Positions 38,316-51,502 of a DNA stretch of 64,000 nt are shown piece by piece; positions within the stretch are counted from its first letter, which is position 1, and each line of letters starts with the position of its first letter. The notes beneath the pieces are model-generated. The model did no database searches. It was not told the origin of the DNA and saw nothing but the letters and a program-made list of their open reading frames with translations. This stretch comes from Tricharina praecox. Lineage: Eukaryota. The position numbers were made by a program, and so were the translations under genes. Location of the stretch: contig NW_026250420.1 in assembly GCF_024521635.1 (NCBI RefSeq), forward strand, positions 124,001 to 188,000, written 5' to 3'.

Positions 38316-40210
38316 ATGCGTTTCCTCCTGCTCTTTTCTGCCTTCTGGTTTACCGGTGCCGTCGTTGCGAACACTCTTCCCGCCTCGGGCCTGACCTCAC
38401 GCCAAGAACCAGTTAATGCAACCGTTGATGCAACTGCTCTTAATGCAACTATCGATCCAACTGCCGAAACCGCCATGCGGACAGCCTCAACCTCACATGG
38501 AAGCCAGGTCTCCTTCAAGAGGGTCAGTGCTGTGTGTTCCCTCATGAAATTCGACTCGTGCTAACCGTGCCTATAGACGACCGTCTGCGAAACGACCAGT
38601 GGCGCGAGAGCCTACAGTGGCTACATTCGCCTTCCTGCCGACAAGCTCTCCGTTTACCAGTCGTACCCGATCAACACCTTATATGGTACTTCCAGTCTCG
38701 GAATGCGAACCCGGAGCGCCAACTCACCGTGTGGCTCAACGGCGGATCCGGCTCCAGCTCGCTCTCGGGACCATTCGAAGAGAATGGCGGCCCGTGCCGT
38801 GTCAACAACGACTCCGAAACCACGACGCTCAACCCGTGGAGCTGGAACGAGCACTCGGACATGCTCTACATCGACCAGCCGAACCAGTTCGGGTTCTCGT
38901 ACGATACGCTGGTCAACTCGTCGCTCACCATGACTGCCAACGGGCAGCACATCGACAGCCTCGAGGGTGTCCAACCAGTGCCGGAGATGAATGCCACTTT
39001 CTACACCGGAAAACTGCCGAGTCAGGTTGTCGAGAATACCGCAAACACTACCGCCATCGCCGCCGAGACTATGTGGCACCTCCTGCAGGGCTGGACTGAG
39101 GGTTTCCCGCATCATCGCCGCAGGAGAGGGGACAAGCTGAGCATTTGGTCCGAGTCTGTATGTGCCCCTACCACTCCCTGACTTATGGAGATTACGGCTA
39201 ACACACCCAGTACGGCGGCAAATACGGCACCGCAATCGCGACCTTCATCAACCGACAAAACGCGCGAATCCACGCCAACACTCTGCGCGGCACCATTCTA
39301 CCACTCGAGACGCTCGGGATAATCAACGGATGCGTCGACCTGATACAAGGTGACTTCCTCGCGCAGCAAGCCTACTCCAACGTGTACGACACGCCGATCT
39401 TCAGCACCCCCAAATTCGCCTCCGCAAACGCCTCGTAGGCCAGACCCGGCGGCTGCAAAGCGCAAATCGTGAAATGCCGGCGCCTCGCGGCCCTCCACGA
39501 CCCCGCAGACCGCGGCGACGTCGTTCTCGTAAACGACGCTTGCAGGAACGCCCTCGACTTCTGCTCGTACACTATGTTCGGCTCGTACCTCGCAACCAGA
39601 ATGGCGAGTCTGCACGATATCGCCGCACCCCCGCCGACGCCCGTCGTCTTGGAACCGTAGCTCCTGGGCTACCTCATGCGCAAGTACGTGCTCGAGGACC
39701 TCGGTGTGCCCGTCAACTCCACTGTCTCCTCGTTCACCTCGTTCCTAGTGTTCAGGTCCACCGGCGACTCCGGGCGCGCCGGCAGCGTAGGGGAGCCGGC
39801 GGACCTGCTGGATGCGGAACTGAAGGTGTCGATGCTGTATGGCGATCGGGACTTCATCTGCAACTGTTTGTCTCCCCCCCCCCCCTCTTCCGCAGTATGC
39901 ACTCGACCAGTCGACTAACCCACCACCGCAGGGCTGGGCGGCGAAGCCCTATCACTCGGGCTCTCGCACCAGGGCGCCGCACAGTTCCGGGTAGCCGGGT
40001 ACGCCGACGTCATGGTCGGCGGTGTACGCCGGGGTAAAGTCCGCCAACACGGCAACCTCTCCTTCACGCGCGGTATGCCCCCCTCCCCTCCATTCCCCCC
40101 TGTCCCCCTCCCCCCTCCAACGCACCAACACACCCCAGTCTTCGATGCGGCCCACCGCCTCCCGTTCTACCGGCCATTGACCGCATCCGCCCTTTTCGCG
40201 CGATGTCAAA
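38316..40210 (+). pseudogene. Serine carboxypeptidase (S10 family) pseudogene; 3' end approximate
   Basis: Signal peptide; VCETT..YSGYI, WLNGGSGSSS, NPWSWNEHSDMLYIDQPNQFGFSYD, WSES|YGG, YGDRDFICN, VFDAAH. Lesions: a 1-nt frameshift near 38680 and in-frame TAG stops at 39436 and 39658. Confidence 0.85.
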
Positions 40211-41124
40211 CTGCTGCTGCCCGGGGTGGGGAGGCTGCCGTGTTATGTTCTACATCCGCTGGGGTGCACGGGGCTGGAATGGGGGGGCGTCGTGAGTGGC
40301 GTGGCGGCGGTAGGGAGGTATTTACTTCAGGGGGAGAGGGGAGAGGTGTAGAGAGGGGAGAGGGGAGGGGGTGGTTGGGAGGGGGGTTTAGATCGTACGT
40401 TGGACGTTTGTTGTTTGCTGTTTGCTGTTTGCTGGTTAATGAGTAATGTAATTCATGGTTGTTGTTTGTGCTTCTGCTTCTGCTTCTGCTTCTGCTTCTA
40501 CATCGCTAGACTCGCGAGTAATGTAGAATCGAAGTTGGTACTAGGTACCTATACTCTACTACAGTCATGATCGATGATTCGTTCTCGTAGTTCGGCCGCT
40601 GGTTAGCGTCTGCTCCGTTTTCCGCTTATTACCTCTGAGGCTTGTCATTCCCACCAACCCGCGGTACTAGTAGTGTGAATGAGCCATGAAAGCCTCGGTT
40701 GAAAAATGAGGTGTTTGATCTCTAAAATCACGCGCGAGTGACCTGATGTGAAGAGCTGTAGCATGTGGCGTGTGCTACAGTTAGTAAGCTCAAGTGGCTA
40801 CGGTACTATACTACCTAGTATAGTAGATCCAGCCACACTCACGCAGCCGTACATAGTCTCACAGTTCACAGCCGACCCGACAAGGAGTGACACGGTGAGG
40901 AGTAATGCCATCACGACGAAGGTAGTAAGAAAACCGCAGACCCCGCCCCGGTCCGCTTTTTGCTCCGAATCCATGTCCACAGAGTAGGTACACAGAAGGT
41001 GTCTTCTCATCCACGTACACACAACACATAACGTACACCGCCCCATACCGTAAGTACCGGTACAATACACCCAGCCCTCCCTCTTCCTCCAACCCCTTCC
41101 CATCCCCCCCTCTCTCTCTCCCGC

Positions 41125-44100
41125 CTAAGCACCAAACCCCATCTCCGCCCCCGCGCCTCCCCCAAAGGCCGCTTCATAGCCGTCCATGCCCATATCGGCC
41201 ATTCCCAGGGGTGGCAGAATGGAATGCAAGTACGTAAAATCGCTCTCGAGCATGAACTCTCCCAGCTGCGTTCTGAACGGCGATTTTACCTGGCCACCCT
41301 GGCCCTGTGCTCCCTGCGCCTGCTCGCCGCTGCCGCCGTACTGTTGTTGCTGCGCCGCGTGCTGCGCGTGCTGGATCAGCTCATGGTTTGTTGCCGGCGG
41401 GATCTGGGTGCGGTCGAAGAGCAGCGGAGGGTTTAGTTGCAGCGTGCGTGGGGAGGAGGCGGCTATGTGGGTTAGTCCTGCTGGTGAAGGGGGGAGGGTG
41501 GGAGGGTGACAAACCGAGTGGCGCGACGTAGCGCATAAGGTTCTTGAGGAAGAGACGGCATCGGTTCGCGATCCTGTTCCCCGTCGCGAGGACGTCGAGC
41601 GTCTCGACCGCCATCTCGAGGTGCTTCAGGAGACTGCCAGTCTCGTGCACGAAATCCTTTCTGTGTGCGAGTTGCCGCACCTGCGATACGATCAAGACCC
41701 TGCTGGCGAGGACGAGCGACGCGTTGAATGTGTAGTACAGCGTGAACCACCAGAAGCCGAGTAAGTCGCTGCGGTGCTTGACTTTGTGGATGATCTCGAC
41801 GGTCTGGATCGCAGAGTCGCCGCACGCCTTAATGCTAGCCAGCCCAAAGTTCCAGAAGAAGTCGCCCTCGAAGCGGTTCGTGCTTGGACCTGCGCCCCAA
41901 ATCTCGCTGAGACCCTTGACGGCGAATTGTCGGTGGAGGAGTGCGCGCGTGTTGTAGTAGCGCAGCGAGAGGATGATGCGTTGGCGCCAGAACTGGGACG
42001 GCGAGCCGCCGCCCTCGGGGATGTCCGCTGCCGAGACGGTCTGCAGGACGGTCGGCAGCGATTGTCGCCAGGTGGCGAGCTTCTCCTCGATTTCGGCGAT
42101 GCGCGCAACGTCGGTGAAAGTGGGCTCGGATGGGTCTGTGCCGCCGAGGTTGCCGCCGTAAAGCGTGTCGATTATCCGCCCGAGAAGCGTGTACAGCTTG
42201 ATCGAGACGATGAAGAAGGTCATCGACGTACACTCCGGAGGCTGCACGGGATTCACGGGCGGGGTCATTATCATGTTAGCTCGTAGGGCGTCATCTTCGA
42301 CGTCGAGCGGGAGCTCAAGCTTATCGCAGTACTGGGCGATGGCGGATGGGCGACCGAAGGTCATACACAGAGTTCTGTCCGAATTAGTCTTCCATCATTC
42401 AGTGAATATCCAGCGTACCGCCTACCGGTCCAGTAAGACTAATCCGTACCACGCCCTCTTCCTTAATTCCCTCTGCAACGGCTGAAACCGCTGTAGCGCT
42501 TGCGTGCTGTGCAATCCCAGTTGTATCGCCACACGGATGGCAAGTCCATGGGTGGTCCAGCACTGAACTGGTCTTCTCGTGCTCTGTAGGTAGTGGCTCA
42601 TCAACAGCAGCAGTTGTACGGAATCCAGACTTGTCATCCGTAGGAGATGTCCGTTACACAGCGCATAGCCCCTCTTGTAGAAGACTTCTGCCGCAGCGTA
42701 CTTCTCCTCAGTGCTCACATCCTCCTCCGTACTCGCACGGGAACCCATTGCCATCACCAGATTCAGCAGCGCGAGCCAAGTCCGCCTGACTTTCGTGAAT
42801 CCATCCTTCAGTGCCGCCTCGTAATCGTCGAGGAAGGTCGGCTGGTGCAAGTACGGGTAGAGCACGTTGGTGTTCGCAAAGTACAGTGAGATGTAATGTC
42901 GAGCTTTATGCTCAGCGGGTATCACATAGGGATTGACGTTTCCCGGCCGGATATCGAACTCGGTGGAGCCGTCTTGACCGGAAGAACCCCGCGGTGATAG
43001 TGGTTGTGATTGCGCTTCCGAGGCTTCTGCTCGGCGAAGATCTTTTTTGAATGCCCCCGCTACACTGACGCATGTTGACAGTGCCCGCGTAACGTGGCCA
43101 ATGAGCGCAATATTCGATGAAGGGCCTGCAGTGACGAGTCAGTATCCGCTCCAATCTTGCCGGCAGTGGGATGAGGTGTACTACCGAAATACCCATAATC
43201 GTCCTCATCGCCCAAACTCAGCGCTCCCATTCCGTCCAACACCGTATCCGGCGCTGGAGTGTCGTCCTCCAGATGTCCATGTCTGACATTGACAAACATC
43301 TCGCCACTGCTACTACTACTATCCGGCGCGGACGATGACGACCTCGAGTGCTCCCGCTTTCTCTTCGACCTTGACGACTCACCGATTGAATCTCTTCTTC
43401 CGCGCTCATCCGATACTTCGTCTCCCGGGACCGCAGTGGGCGTGAGCGAGCTCCGTAGCTGCTCGTTGAGTAGGTTTTCAACGGCGAGCAGGCGAGTCTC
43501 GAGGCGGCCGATATAGCTACATATGCACGTCAATCAATCGATTCGTCCGCGACCGTTTGACTGTCTGCACCGGGTAGGCGGGCGGGCGGGCTTACTCCTT
43601 GCTTACTATAGTGTTTGCCGACGATGCCGACTGCTGATACACGCAATCAAAGTCAAGATCTGGGGGGTTTCCAAAAGTGATCCGTTAGCCCGGGAGGTTT
43701 CTTTTCGCTTTGCCGATGAGCTCGCTCGCTAGGGGGGATATTGGAGGGGGAGGGGGAAGGGCGGGATGGAGTTGCCGGAGGTGAAGGATATAAGATGGCG
43801 ACAAAGTCAAGCTTTTGAAGCACGGACGGATGAGATGACCCACATACCTCTGCACATAGAGCATCTCGGACGCACACCATCGCACTGTCATCGCGCGGAC
43901 CAGTAAGCCAAGGCACTTTACTACACTCAAGCTACGAGGTATCTCCGCGGTGAAGCCAGCCTCCGTCTCTCAGCCACTCTCCCTCCTCCTTCTCGATCGG
44001 TGCACTGCTGAAGATGAAGATGATTGTGAAGATTGTGAAGATGATGCGATGATTGATGACTGGTTATCCAACCTTTGATTTCCTCAATCTACAGGCATTG

Positions 44101-44282
44101 CAAGCCAGCGACACTCTCTTCCGCTTCGAACCGCCGTCGATGCTGCCAGCACCAATTGCGCCGGAGCCGCCGCCGCCGATGCCATTCGACGAGCTGATCG
44201 GCGTGCCGACTCCTCCGGGGCCACCAGGATTACTTGCTGCGCTAGCACCATCCTCGCACTCGCTATGGGCCCTATTCATCAT
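41125..44282 (-). CDS. Zn(II)2Cys6 fungal transcription factor with Fungal_trans middle homology region, multi-exon
   Basis: Spliced cluster ACNACRLRKSK|CDGVRPRCSMCR|DLDFDCVY; YFANTNVLYPYLHQPTF, GLAIRVAIQLGLH..ELRKRAWYGLVLLDR, MTFGRPSAI. Stop TAG at 41125-41127. Confidence 0.92.
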
Positions 44283-45604
44283 CCACAGAATGATGGGTGA
44301 TGAGTTCGGAGTGTGCGCGCGTATTTGTGATTGAGTGTGTGTGTTGGGTGAAGTCGCGTCAAGGTGGTTCGGACGGTCGGGGAATGGTCGGTTGGCGTTG
44401 GGGGCAAGGGGGGGAAAGAGCGGAAGAGGACAGACCGTTTCGCTTGCTCTCTTTTTTCTTGCACTGCGGCAGAAGGCGGGTTTACATACGGCGGGGTTAC
44501 TTCGGATTGCGCGGCAGAAAGGGAAGGGGGCGCCGGGTTCGACGGGGATTGCGGCTGGACCGGGGTCCGAAATGTGGGGAAGTCTTAAGCAGGCGGCTCC
44601 TGCATGCAGAGGCTTTGTCAGGAAGCAGCGCGGGATTTAAGCAATGGCGTTCTGGCCACTTCGACTGGCGATGGGGGCAGCTGCGCCTAGACAGGGGCGA
44701 CAGGGGTGCGAGGAGACCGAGACAGCGACCGACGGAGACAGGGCCAGGACCGAGGAGGACGAGGAGGCCCCGTGCGAGTACGGGCTCGGGGCTAGGGAGA
44801 GAACGGGGGCGACTAGGGAGCTGTCAGCCCTATCCGAGGCCAGTGTGGGAAGGGTGCTGGCTGCGGGATACGCGGCGTCGCGTCCAAGATGCCAAACAGG
44901 TGATGGACAAGCGAGCAGCCGATGATCGCCATGCCCGAAGGAGGCTGGTGATTACTGATCTCTTTCGCTCGCGACGAGACGAGACGGGTTGTGCGGGGTA
45001 CATGCCGTAGTCTGGCGACTTCCGGGCGTGCATGATGCTGCAAATGCAAGGCCGTGTTCGCGTATGCTAAGGGGTGCGCGTCGCGTTCTGGCCATCTGGG
45101 GGCTGGGTGGACAATCTTGTCTGATATATAGGGGGTTGGAGATGCTCAAGGAGATTGCATTGACTTCGGAGTTCGTATAGCTGGGGGGCTGCTGGTGGTG
45201 GTGGCGAGCTGTTTGATATGTTCGGCTTCTGCCCACGGAAGCTGTGAATATGAATCATCGTATGCATAGCACGAATGGCCGTGGACAGTCGCGACGGGCG
45301 GCACGGTTGAGCCCCAATGCACAGAGCACCGCAATGGGTCGGAGAAACGTTTGGAGCCTTGCGTTGCGTTGCGACGACCGACCTTCCATCGTCATCACTA
45401 CAATCACCACAATCACCACCACCACCACCACCCTCTGAGAGAGAGAGAGAGAGACCTTTCGACACTCGCTGCTTGCGTACCGAAAACTCAAACTCAATTC
45501 CCCCTCAGTACCACTAGCATACTCCAGAGTCTTTCTCCCGCTGTCACATCGCCTCATCCGGCAACCCTACTGTCGCTCATTCCCCTCCTCGAGCTGCAGG
45601 CAGA

Positions 45605-46761
45605 ATGGACTCCAAGTCTCAATACTTCGAGCTATTGGGCCTCGGCGCACACCGATCCGTGCTCTCGATCGCCCCGTTCCTGCTCGGCGGCTACCTGATC
45701 CTCCGTCTCATCCGAGAGTACGTCTACCGGAAAAGCCGAGGTGCAGCAACCAACTCGGTCGTTGGCAACAAACAGGACGGAGGAGATACCGAAGTTGAAC
45801 GCACGCCGGAGTTCGAAGAATGCGAACTCATTATCAAGGTCAAACAGGAACCGGGCCATGATCGCGATCCGAAGAGCTTTTCGAAACACTATCATGTCGA
45901 GAAGTGGGAGGATGCGAAGCTGTCCGCCCCGGCCTCGGCTGTGCGCGTGGTCGAGACCATGGCTGCCAACCCGAAGTAAGTAGCCGGAGCTGACGCATTT
46001 ACATGGAAAAAGCAGCTGAAGAGTCAATCAGGGTTCCCATCCGCCGCCGGAAGGTCCCCCAATGGAATAACAGCGGCCCCTCACCGCCGCAGACACCTCT
46101 CTCACATGGCGACCGCGACCGCGACCGCCCCCAACCCACCGCCCCCAACCCCGAAACACCACGCACCCCCCGCCACAGTGTCCGCATCTCGAGCGGCACC
46201 AAGACTCCCTCGCGTGTCACCGTCGAGATCCCACCACGCACCACCCCGAAGCCGCCCTACATCCCGCCGCCCACCGACCTCGACGCACCCACCTTCTCCC
46301 CCGGCGACCTAGTCCTACGCCGGCGTCCCTCGCGCTTCGTGCACCCAGGCACCGCGGACGCAGACGAGTACGACGGCCCATTCATCCTCGCGTCGACGAG
46401 CAATCCCGCGCCTGTGCACCTGCACCACGTCCGCGGCGCAAAACTGGCCTCGTGGGCGAAGCTGGAGCTGCCGCCGGCCTCGAGCGCAGAGAGGTGGACA
46501 CAGGAGTCGAAGCTTGTGCACTACACGGGTGCACTCACGGTCGCGGAGCTGCGGGAGGCCACGAAGGAACGCGATGGCACCTTCATCATGGATAAGATCC
46601 GGAGTGAGCGCTGGGTCCAGGCGAGGGGAGGCGTGCTCGCCAGGGAATTTAGGGTTTCGTGGCTGGGGTACCCGTGTGAAGACGATACGTGGGAGCTCGA
46701 GGGGAAGGTTTACAATACGGATTGGCACATGATTGAGGAGTTTGAGGGCAGGAAAGCATAG
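45605..46761 (+). CDS. Protein with an N-terminal hydrophobic segment, a Pro-rich linker, an SH3-like GD.V...GPF module and a C-terminal chromodomain; probable intron at 45976-46031
   Basis: FSPGDLVLRR...EYDGPFIL and FIMDKIRSERW..REFRVSWLGYPCEDDTWELEGKV. A GTAAGT..CAG intron joins the two ORFs in frame (..ANPK VPIRRRK..). Confidence 0.65.
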
Positions 46762-47359
46762 TTAGTCGATTGGGCGGGGGGATCTTTGTTTCGTGACGTG
46801 GTTGGTTTGATTGATTTGGCGCTTTTTTCTTTCTTCATTTCTTTCTAGATGGGATTGACTGGGCGATCTGGGCGGTTGAGCTTTTTCTGGGAGGCAGGCA
46901 GGACTGATTGGTGGGTGGCGTTTGTGAGCATTTGTCGGGGTTTTGTTTGGCATTTTTTTTCTTTTTTTCTTTTCTTTTCGTAGGACGGATCTGATCTTAC
47001 GCTTGTATAATTTGGCGGGATACCTAGACGCATGAATGGATGGATGGATGGAATAGGCCTACTTGCCCGGTGCCTTTACGGCAGGGATCCGGTACCTTCT
47101 ATGGCAGATGAAGGAAGCTCCGAGTCCATGCAGTGCAGTGCAGTGTGTGTAGTGTAGTGTAATATCGGTCAGATTCATCCTCCGGCAAGAACCTCCAGAA
47201 AATACGCAGGTATCATATAGAGTACACATCCTCCCTCTCCCCTCGCACTCCACTCCTCCACTCCCTCCCCTCACAACGACGCGCAAGCAACTGCAAAACC
47301 ACCCGCTATGCAACAAAAGCACCCGACTCCCCGAAAGAAATCCCATTACGACTATGACT

Positions 47360-48430
47360 CTACCAGTCGACAGCCCAGCCGTTCTCCTTGAGGAACTCCT
47401 CGCTCGCAGCTCGCAGCGCAAGGTTCGGCCGCAGGTCGCTCTCCTTCAGTGGCTCGCGCGTCAGCGGGTCCGTCTGACTGCGCTTCAGGTGGTCGATCAA
47501 TGTTGAGCGATCGTAGGAGTGGCCATGGATCGTCTACCCACACACACACATCAGCCTTGCCACGATCTTCCGGAGAGATGGAGGAGGGAGACCATACGAT
47601 AACAGGATCCCACATAACGCCAAAGGTGATATTATCGATCAAGTAATCCGGGACGGTACGTTTCTGCAACCTCACCGCCTCCGCTCTCCCAAAGACGTCC
47701 TCAAGGCGTCTACACCTATCGACCTTCTCCTCGTCGTCCCCGCCTCCCTGCATCACCGCCTCACACGTCACCCGCAGCAGCGCGCTCTCGCGCAGCACGC
47801 GCTCGCGCTCCGCATGCTCCCACTTCACCTTCTTGGCCTGCAGGCACGACGCCGCGATCGCGGAGATGGACGGCGACCGCTGCGAAATTGCCAGCTGGTA
47901 CGCGCGCTGGCTCATCGAAAAGGACTCCCCGGGTCGGTTCAGGTGCAGCAATGCTACGCCCAGGTAGGTGTACGCTTTCACTGGAGGACGAGCACTGGTC
48001 AGCCACGGCCCCTACCACCACCCGAGAAACAGAGAGAGAGAAAGAGAGAGAGAACGCTCACGCACACGAACTAGGAAGCAGGTCGATAGCCTTCTCGCAG
48101 TCCTCGACGACGGCTTTCCACTGCTCCATGCGGGTGCGCGCCAGAGCGCGGTTCGTGAAGAACGCTGCATTGCTGCGGGCGCGTCAGTCTCAAACCTGTC
48201 GGGGTAGGAGGGGAAGGGGGGAAAGGAAAGAGAGGCGCACGTGGGGTCCTTGATTATCGCTTGCGTGTAGAACTTCTCGGCGCCGACGAAGTCGCCGTTT
48301 TGGAAGCACCTGTGCGAGAGGGGACGTGTGCATTGTCAGCTCTAGATCCGAGGACGATCCGAGTATCCACTGGGTACGGCGGAGATTCTCACTGGTTGCC
48401 GCAGACTTTGAGCGCATCTGCGGTCGTCAT
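47360..48430 (-). CDS. STUB1: CHIP/STUB1-like TPR plus U-box E3 ubiquitin ligase, multi-exon
   Basis: TPR region ALKVCGN..FQNGDFVGAEKFYTQAI, FTNRALARTRM..DCEKAIDL, KAYTYLGVALLHL. U-box VPDYLIDNITFGVMWDPVI|TIHGHSYDRSTLIDHL...DPLTREPL...LRPNLALR..FLKENGWAVDW*. Confidence 0.88.
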
Positions 48431-50050
48431 CTTGAGAGTGTGTGTGAGGTGTATGTGTGTGTCGTGTGTAGCGTAGGTAGCGAAGTAATTGCAGAGCGAA
48501 CGGGAGGGAGGCGAAGTCTTTACGATAGATAGCAAGTTGTCGTTGTCGTCCTCGGAGTTACAGGAGCAGCGGAGGACAGCGGAATCCCGAGTGGTTGCTG
48601 ACTACGCTTGCTATCTCTCGCTACGACCCGTCACGTCCGACGAAGCTTCGATGCTCTTCGAACCAAGACGGGTTGGTTGGTAACTGGTTGTTGGGTTAGG
48701 GTTACCTGTCTAAAGTTACGCGTCACGATGCAGTTCCAACTCACCTCAAACTTTGGATGGAGATCACGGATTTTCTGTAGATCGCCAAACGAGCAATCGA
48801 AGAACCAAGCGGTAACCGGAAGTGGATTGATGTTTAACGCCTAATTATTCTGCAGAGACAGTCTATGAGAGAATTCAGCCGCAGTGTCTCTCTTGATGTT
48901 GCCTCTGTTTCATTTAACGAGTGCTGCTGAGAAAGCTGTGCGGCCTCTCGGAAAACGCCGTCGAGGGCTCGGCTTCCCATTTCCGTATTCGGGGTCGGGT
49001 TGGAACCAGCAAGGGGCCGAGCTAGAAACTTGCATGGGATTCTGCCAGCAACGGAACCAGCCAGCAAGTTGCAACCGATCCATCGCCGCTAGAGTACCGC
49101 CATACTTTCATCATACTAGCAAAGGCGACAGCGGAAGGATATGGCAGCAATAAATACGCCACATCACACGAAAGACAGTCAAGGAGTTAACCAACGGTCA
49201 GTTGCGTACCTAAGTCGAGCAAAATATACGTCAGTTCTCTACTGTTTAGCAGGAGTTACATACAAGGCTGGGCGAGCATGCCGTGTTAAGACTCGGCTAG
49301 GACCGACGACGGGGCGTAGGGGGTTGCTAAGGTCTTGGACACGGCCGGCTGTGGTGGTCGTGAGGTTTGCCCAGGGTGGTATGAGGTGACGGACAGGAGT
49401 GACTCAGAACTCTTCGCGAGTTATTATAATAGGGGTTGCGGATATTGTTGACAACTTGACATGGGAATGCTGCCATGGCGTCATGCATGATGAGGATTTA
49501 CGTGGAGTACCTACATATCGTACGGCAGAGAGAGCAGCGCCCCAGCCTGGCTGGGGCTCAACTCAGTACTACAACCAAGCACAACTCCCGGTGGTGAGAT
49601 CAAAGTCCTTTACCGATATGTACTTTGGGAGTAAGGCGAATGGGGTACCAGTACTTACCATGGAAACCCCCGTAGATACCCTTTCACCGGGTCGGCACCA
49701 GGCAGTGCTCTATCATCGTTCTCTGAGTCTCTGACCCGATGTTGTTGCTATTTCCAGCCGCCGTCGCCTCACCACTCAATTTTCAGAGACTCTGCTCCAT
49801 GTACTGGGTTCATTTCGGCAAGGCACAACCTGTTGCAACTCTCCCAAAGCAGCTAACCTGTATTTCAGGAGCCGAATATGCCGGGCGGGAATCAGCACAG
49901 CCTGCCCACACTGGACATCTCGGTGGCATAAATAACACTCGTGGACCACTCGGTTTTCTTTTCAGCAACACTGCACACTCGCTGATCCAATCGTCACTCT
50001 CGCTCACTCACCCACTCGACCTCAGCTTCACCGCAAAACCAAATAAAAAA

Positions 50051-50743
50051 ATGAAGTTCACATCCACCGCGACCGCCCTCTCCCTGGCCGCGCTAGCTCG
50101 CGCCCAACTCGACCTTACCAGCCTCACGCCGGAGCAATCGTCGGTCTACATGCCCATCATCTCCAAGCTTGCCGCGCTGGGAAGCCTCTCCCAATACTCT
50201 TCCTACGAGGCCGCGCTGGAGACGGCATTGACCGAGTTCGTCGCCACGCAGACCGCCTTCGCCTTCTTGACCATCCCCACCGGCTCGGCGTTGCAATCGT
50301 ACATCGACGTCATGTCGTCCGTCAACGTCGAGTTCGCCGCCACCCAGACCGTGATCGACGGCCCCGCGAAGACCGAGCTCGTCGAGGTGCAGAGCGAGTT
50401 CTGGAGCGTCGCGGGGAGCATCGTTATGAGCGCTGCCTCCGCCGCCGGAGAGTCGCCGAGCGGGAGCGGCAGTGGGAGTGCCGTTGCGACTGCGAGTGGG
50501 AGTGGGAGTGGCAGTGAGAGTGCGACTCCGACGCCCACCGGCTCCAGCGGTAATTCGACGTCTTCGGCTACGGGAACGACAACCGTCAGGAGCACTTCGG
50601 TCATCTCGATCACCCGAGCGCCGACTGCGCCTGCTCCCGCCGCTAGCTCTGCTGCGCCCGATAACAGTGCGATGGGCTTGAGCGCCAGTGGGCTGATGAT
50701 GGGTGTTGTTGCTGGTGTTGCGGCGGTTTTTGCGATGGTATAG
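50051..50743 (+). CDS. Secreted, probably GPI-anchored Ser/Thr/Ala-rich cell-wall protein
   Basis: Signal peptide MKFTSTATALSLAALARA, a helical domain, an S/T/G-rich stalk, and a C-terminal ..DNSAMGLSASGLMMGVVAGVAAVFAMV* GPI-like signal. Confidence 0.85.
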   Translation: MKFTSTATALSLAALARAQLDLTSLTPEQSSVYMPIISKLAALGSLSQYSSYEAALETALTEFVATQTAFAFLTIPTGSALQSYIDVMSSVNVEFAATQTVIDGPAKTELVEVQSEFWSVAGSIVMSAASAAGESPSGSGSGSAVATASGSGSGSESATPTPTGSSGNSTSSATGTTTVRSTSVISITRAPTAPAPAASSAAPDNSAMGLSASGLMMGVVAGVAAVFAMV

Positions 50744-51502
50744 GGAGCTGGGAGCTGGGATGGGGGTACCGGGTGATGTTTGTACGGCTTATGTGGGATG
50801 TAAATAGCACGTTTTGGATACGGTTGAAGTAACATGATGGAGTCTGTGAGCATTTTTTGGATACGACTAAAGTAACATGATGGAGTTTGTTTATGCAATG
50901 GAATTCGTGACCATAGGAGTGTTGACTCGGCCGAATCGAACTCGAGGGGATACCTACCTAATCCTCCGAAAAACTGGGGTGAAGCGGGGGAGAAAGCACA
51001 TCGGAAAAACACTGCGGTCGAGTACCGCGCTCTACCATCCAAACACTGTGGGCGCATGAGAGATGTGACGTGATGTGCCCGTCTCAAACTCATGCAAGAC
51101 CGCCAACATTATGCAAGTTAAGATTGGCCCATCCTTCCTCACAGTTCTGTGGGACACGAGATTCGGAGAATTAACGGTATCGCTACAGTGGTAACACGAA
51201 ACCGGTACAACACCGCTTCCGAAGCTTCCACAGCCTACAGCCTACATCCTACAGCTCGCTACCGCATCCGCCCTTTGCCGCCAGGTTGAGCACGGCCAGT
51301 GCCACAATCTAGCGATACGTACCAGCCCGGGCAGACCGAATACGGGATCCAAATAAAGTGCGCCGCATCGTCGGGCCGACTGTCCCTCCCCCCTCCCGGC
51401 TATAAGCCGATATATACCTTACATTGATATAAAATCCCCTCCTCCCTCCTCCATCCTCCGCCTCCTTCCTACCCCCGTCTACCATCTACTCGCCCAGACA
51501 GA

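Noticed and set aside
49739..50050. Upstream in-frame extension of the GPI-protein ORF
   Set aside because: ATG 50051 has a good context (AAAAATG) and starts a clear signal peptide; the extension looks like promoter/5' UTR.
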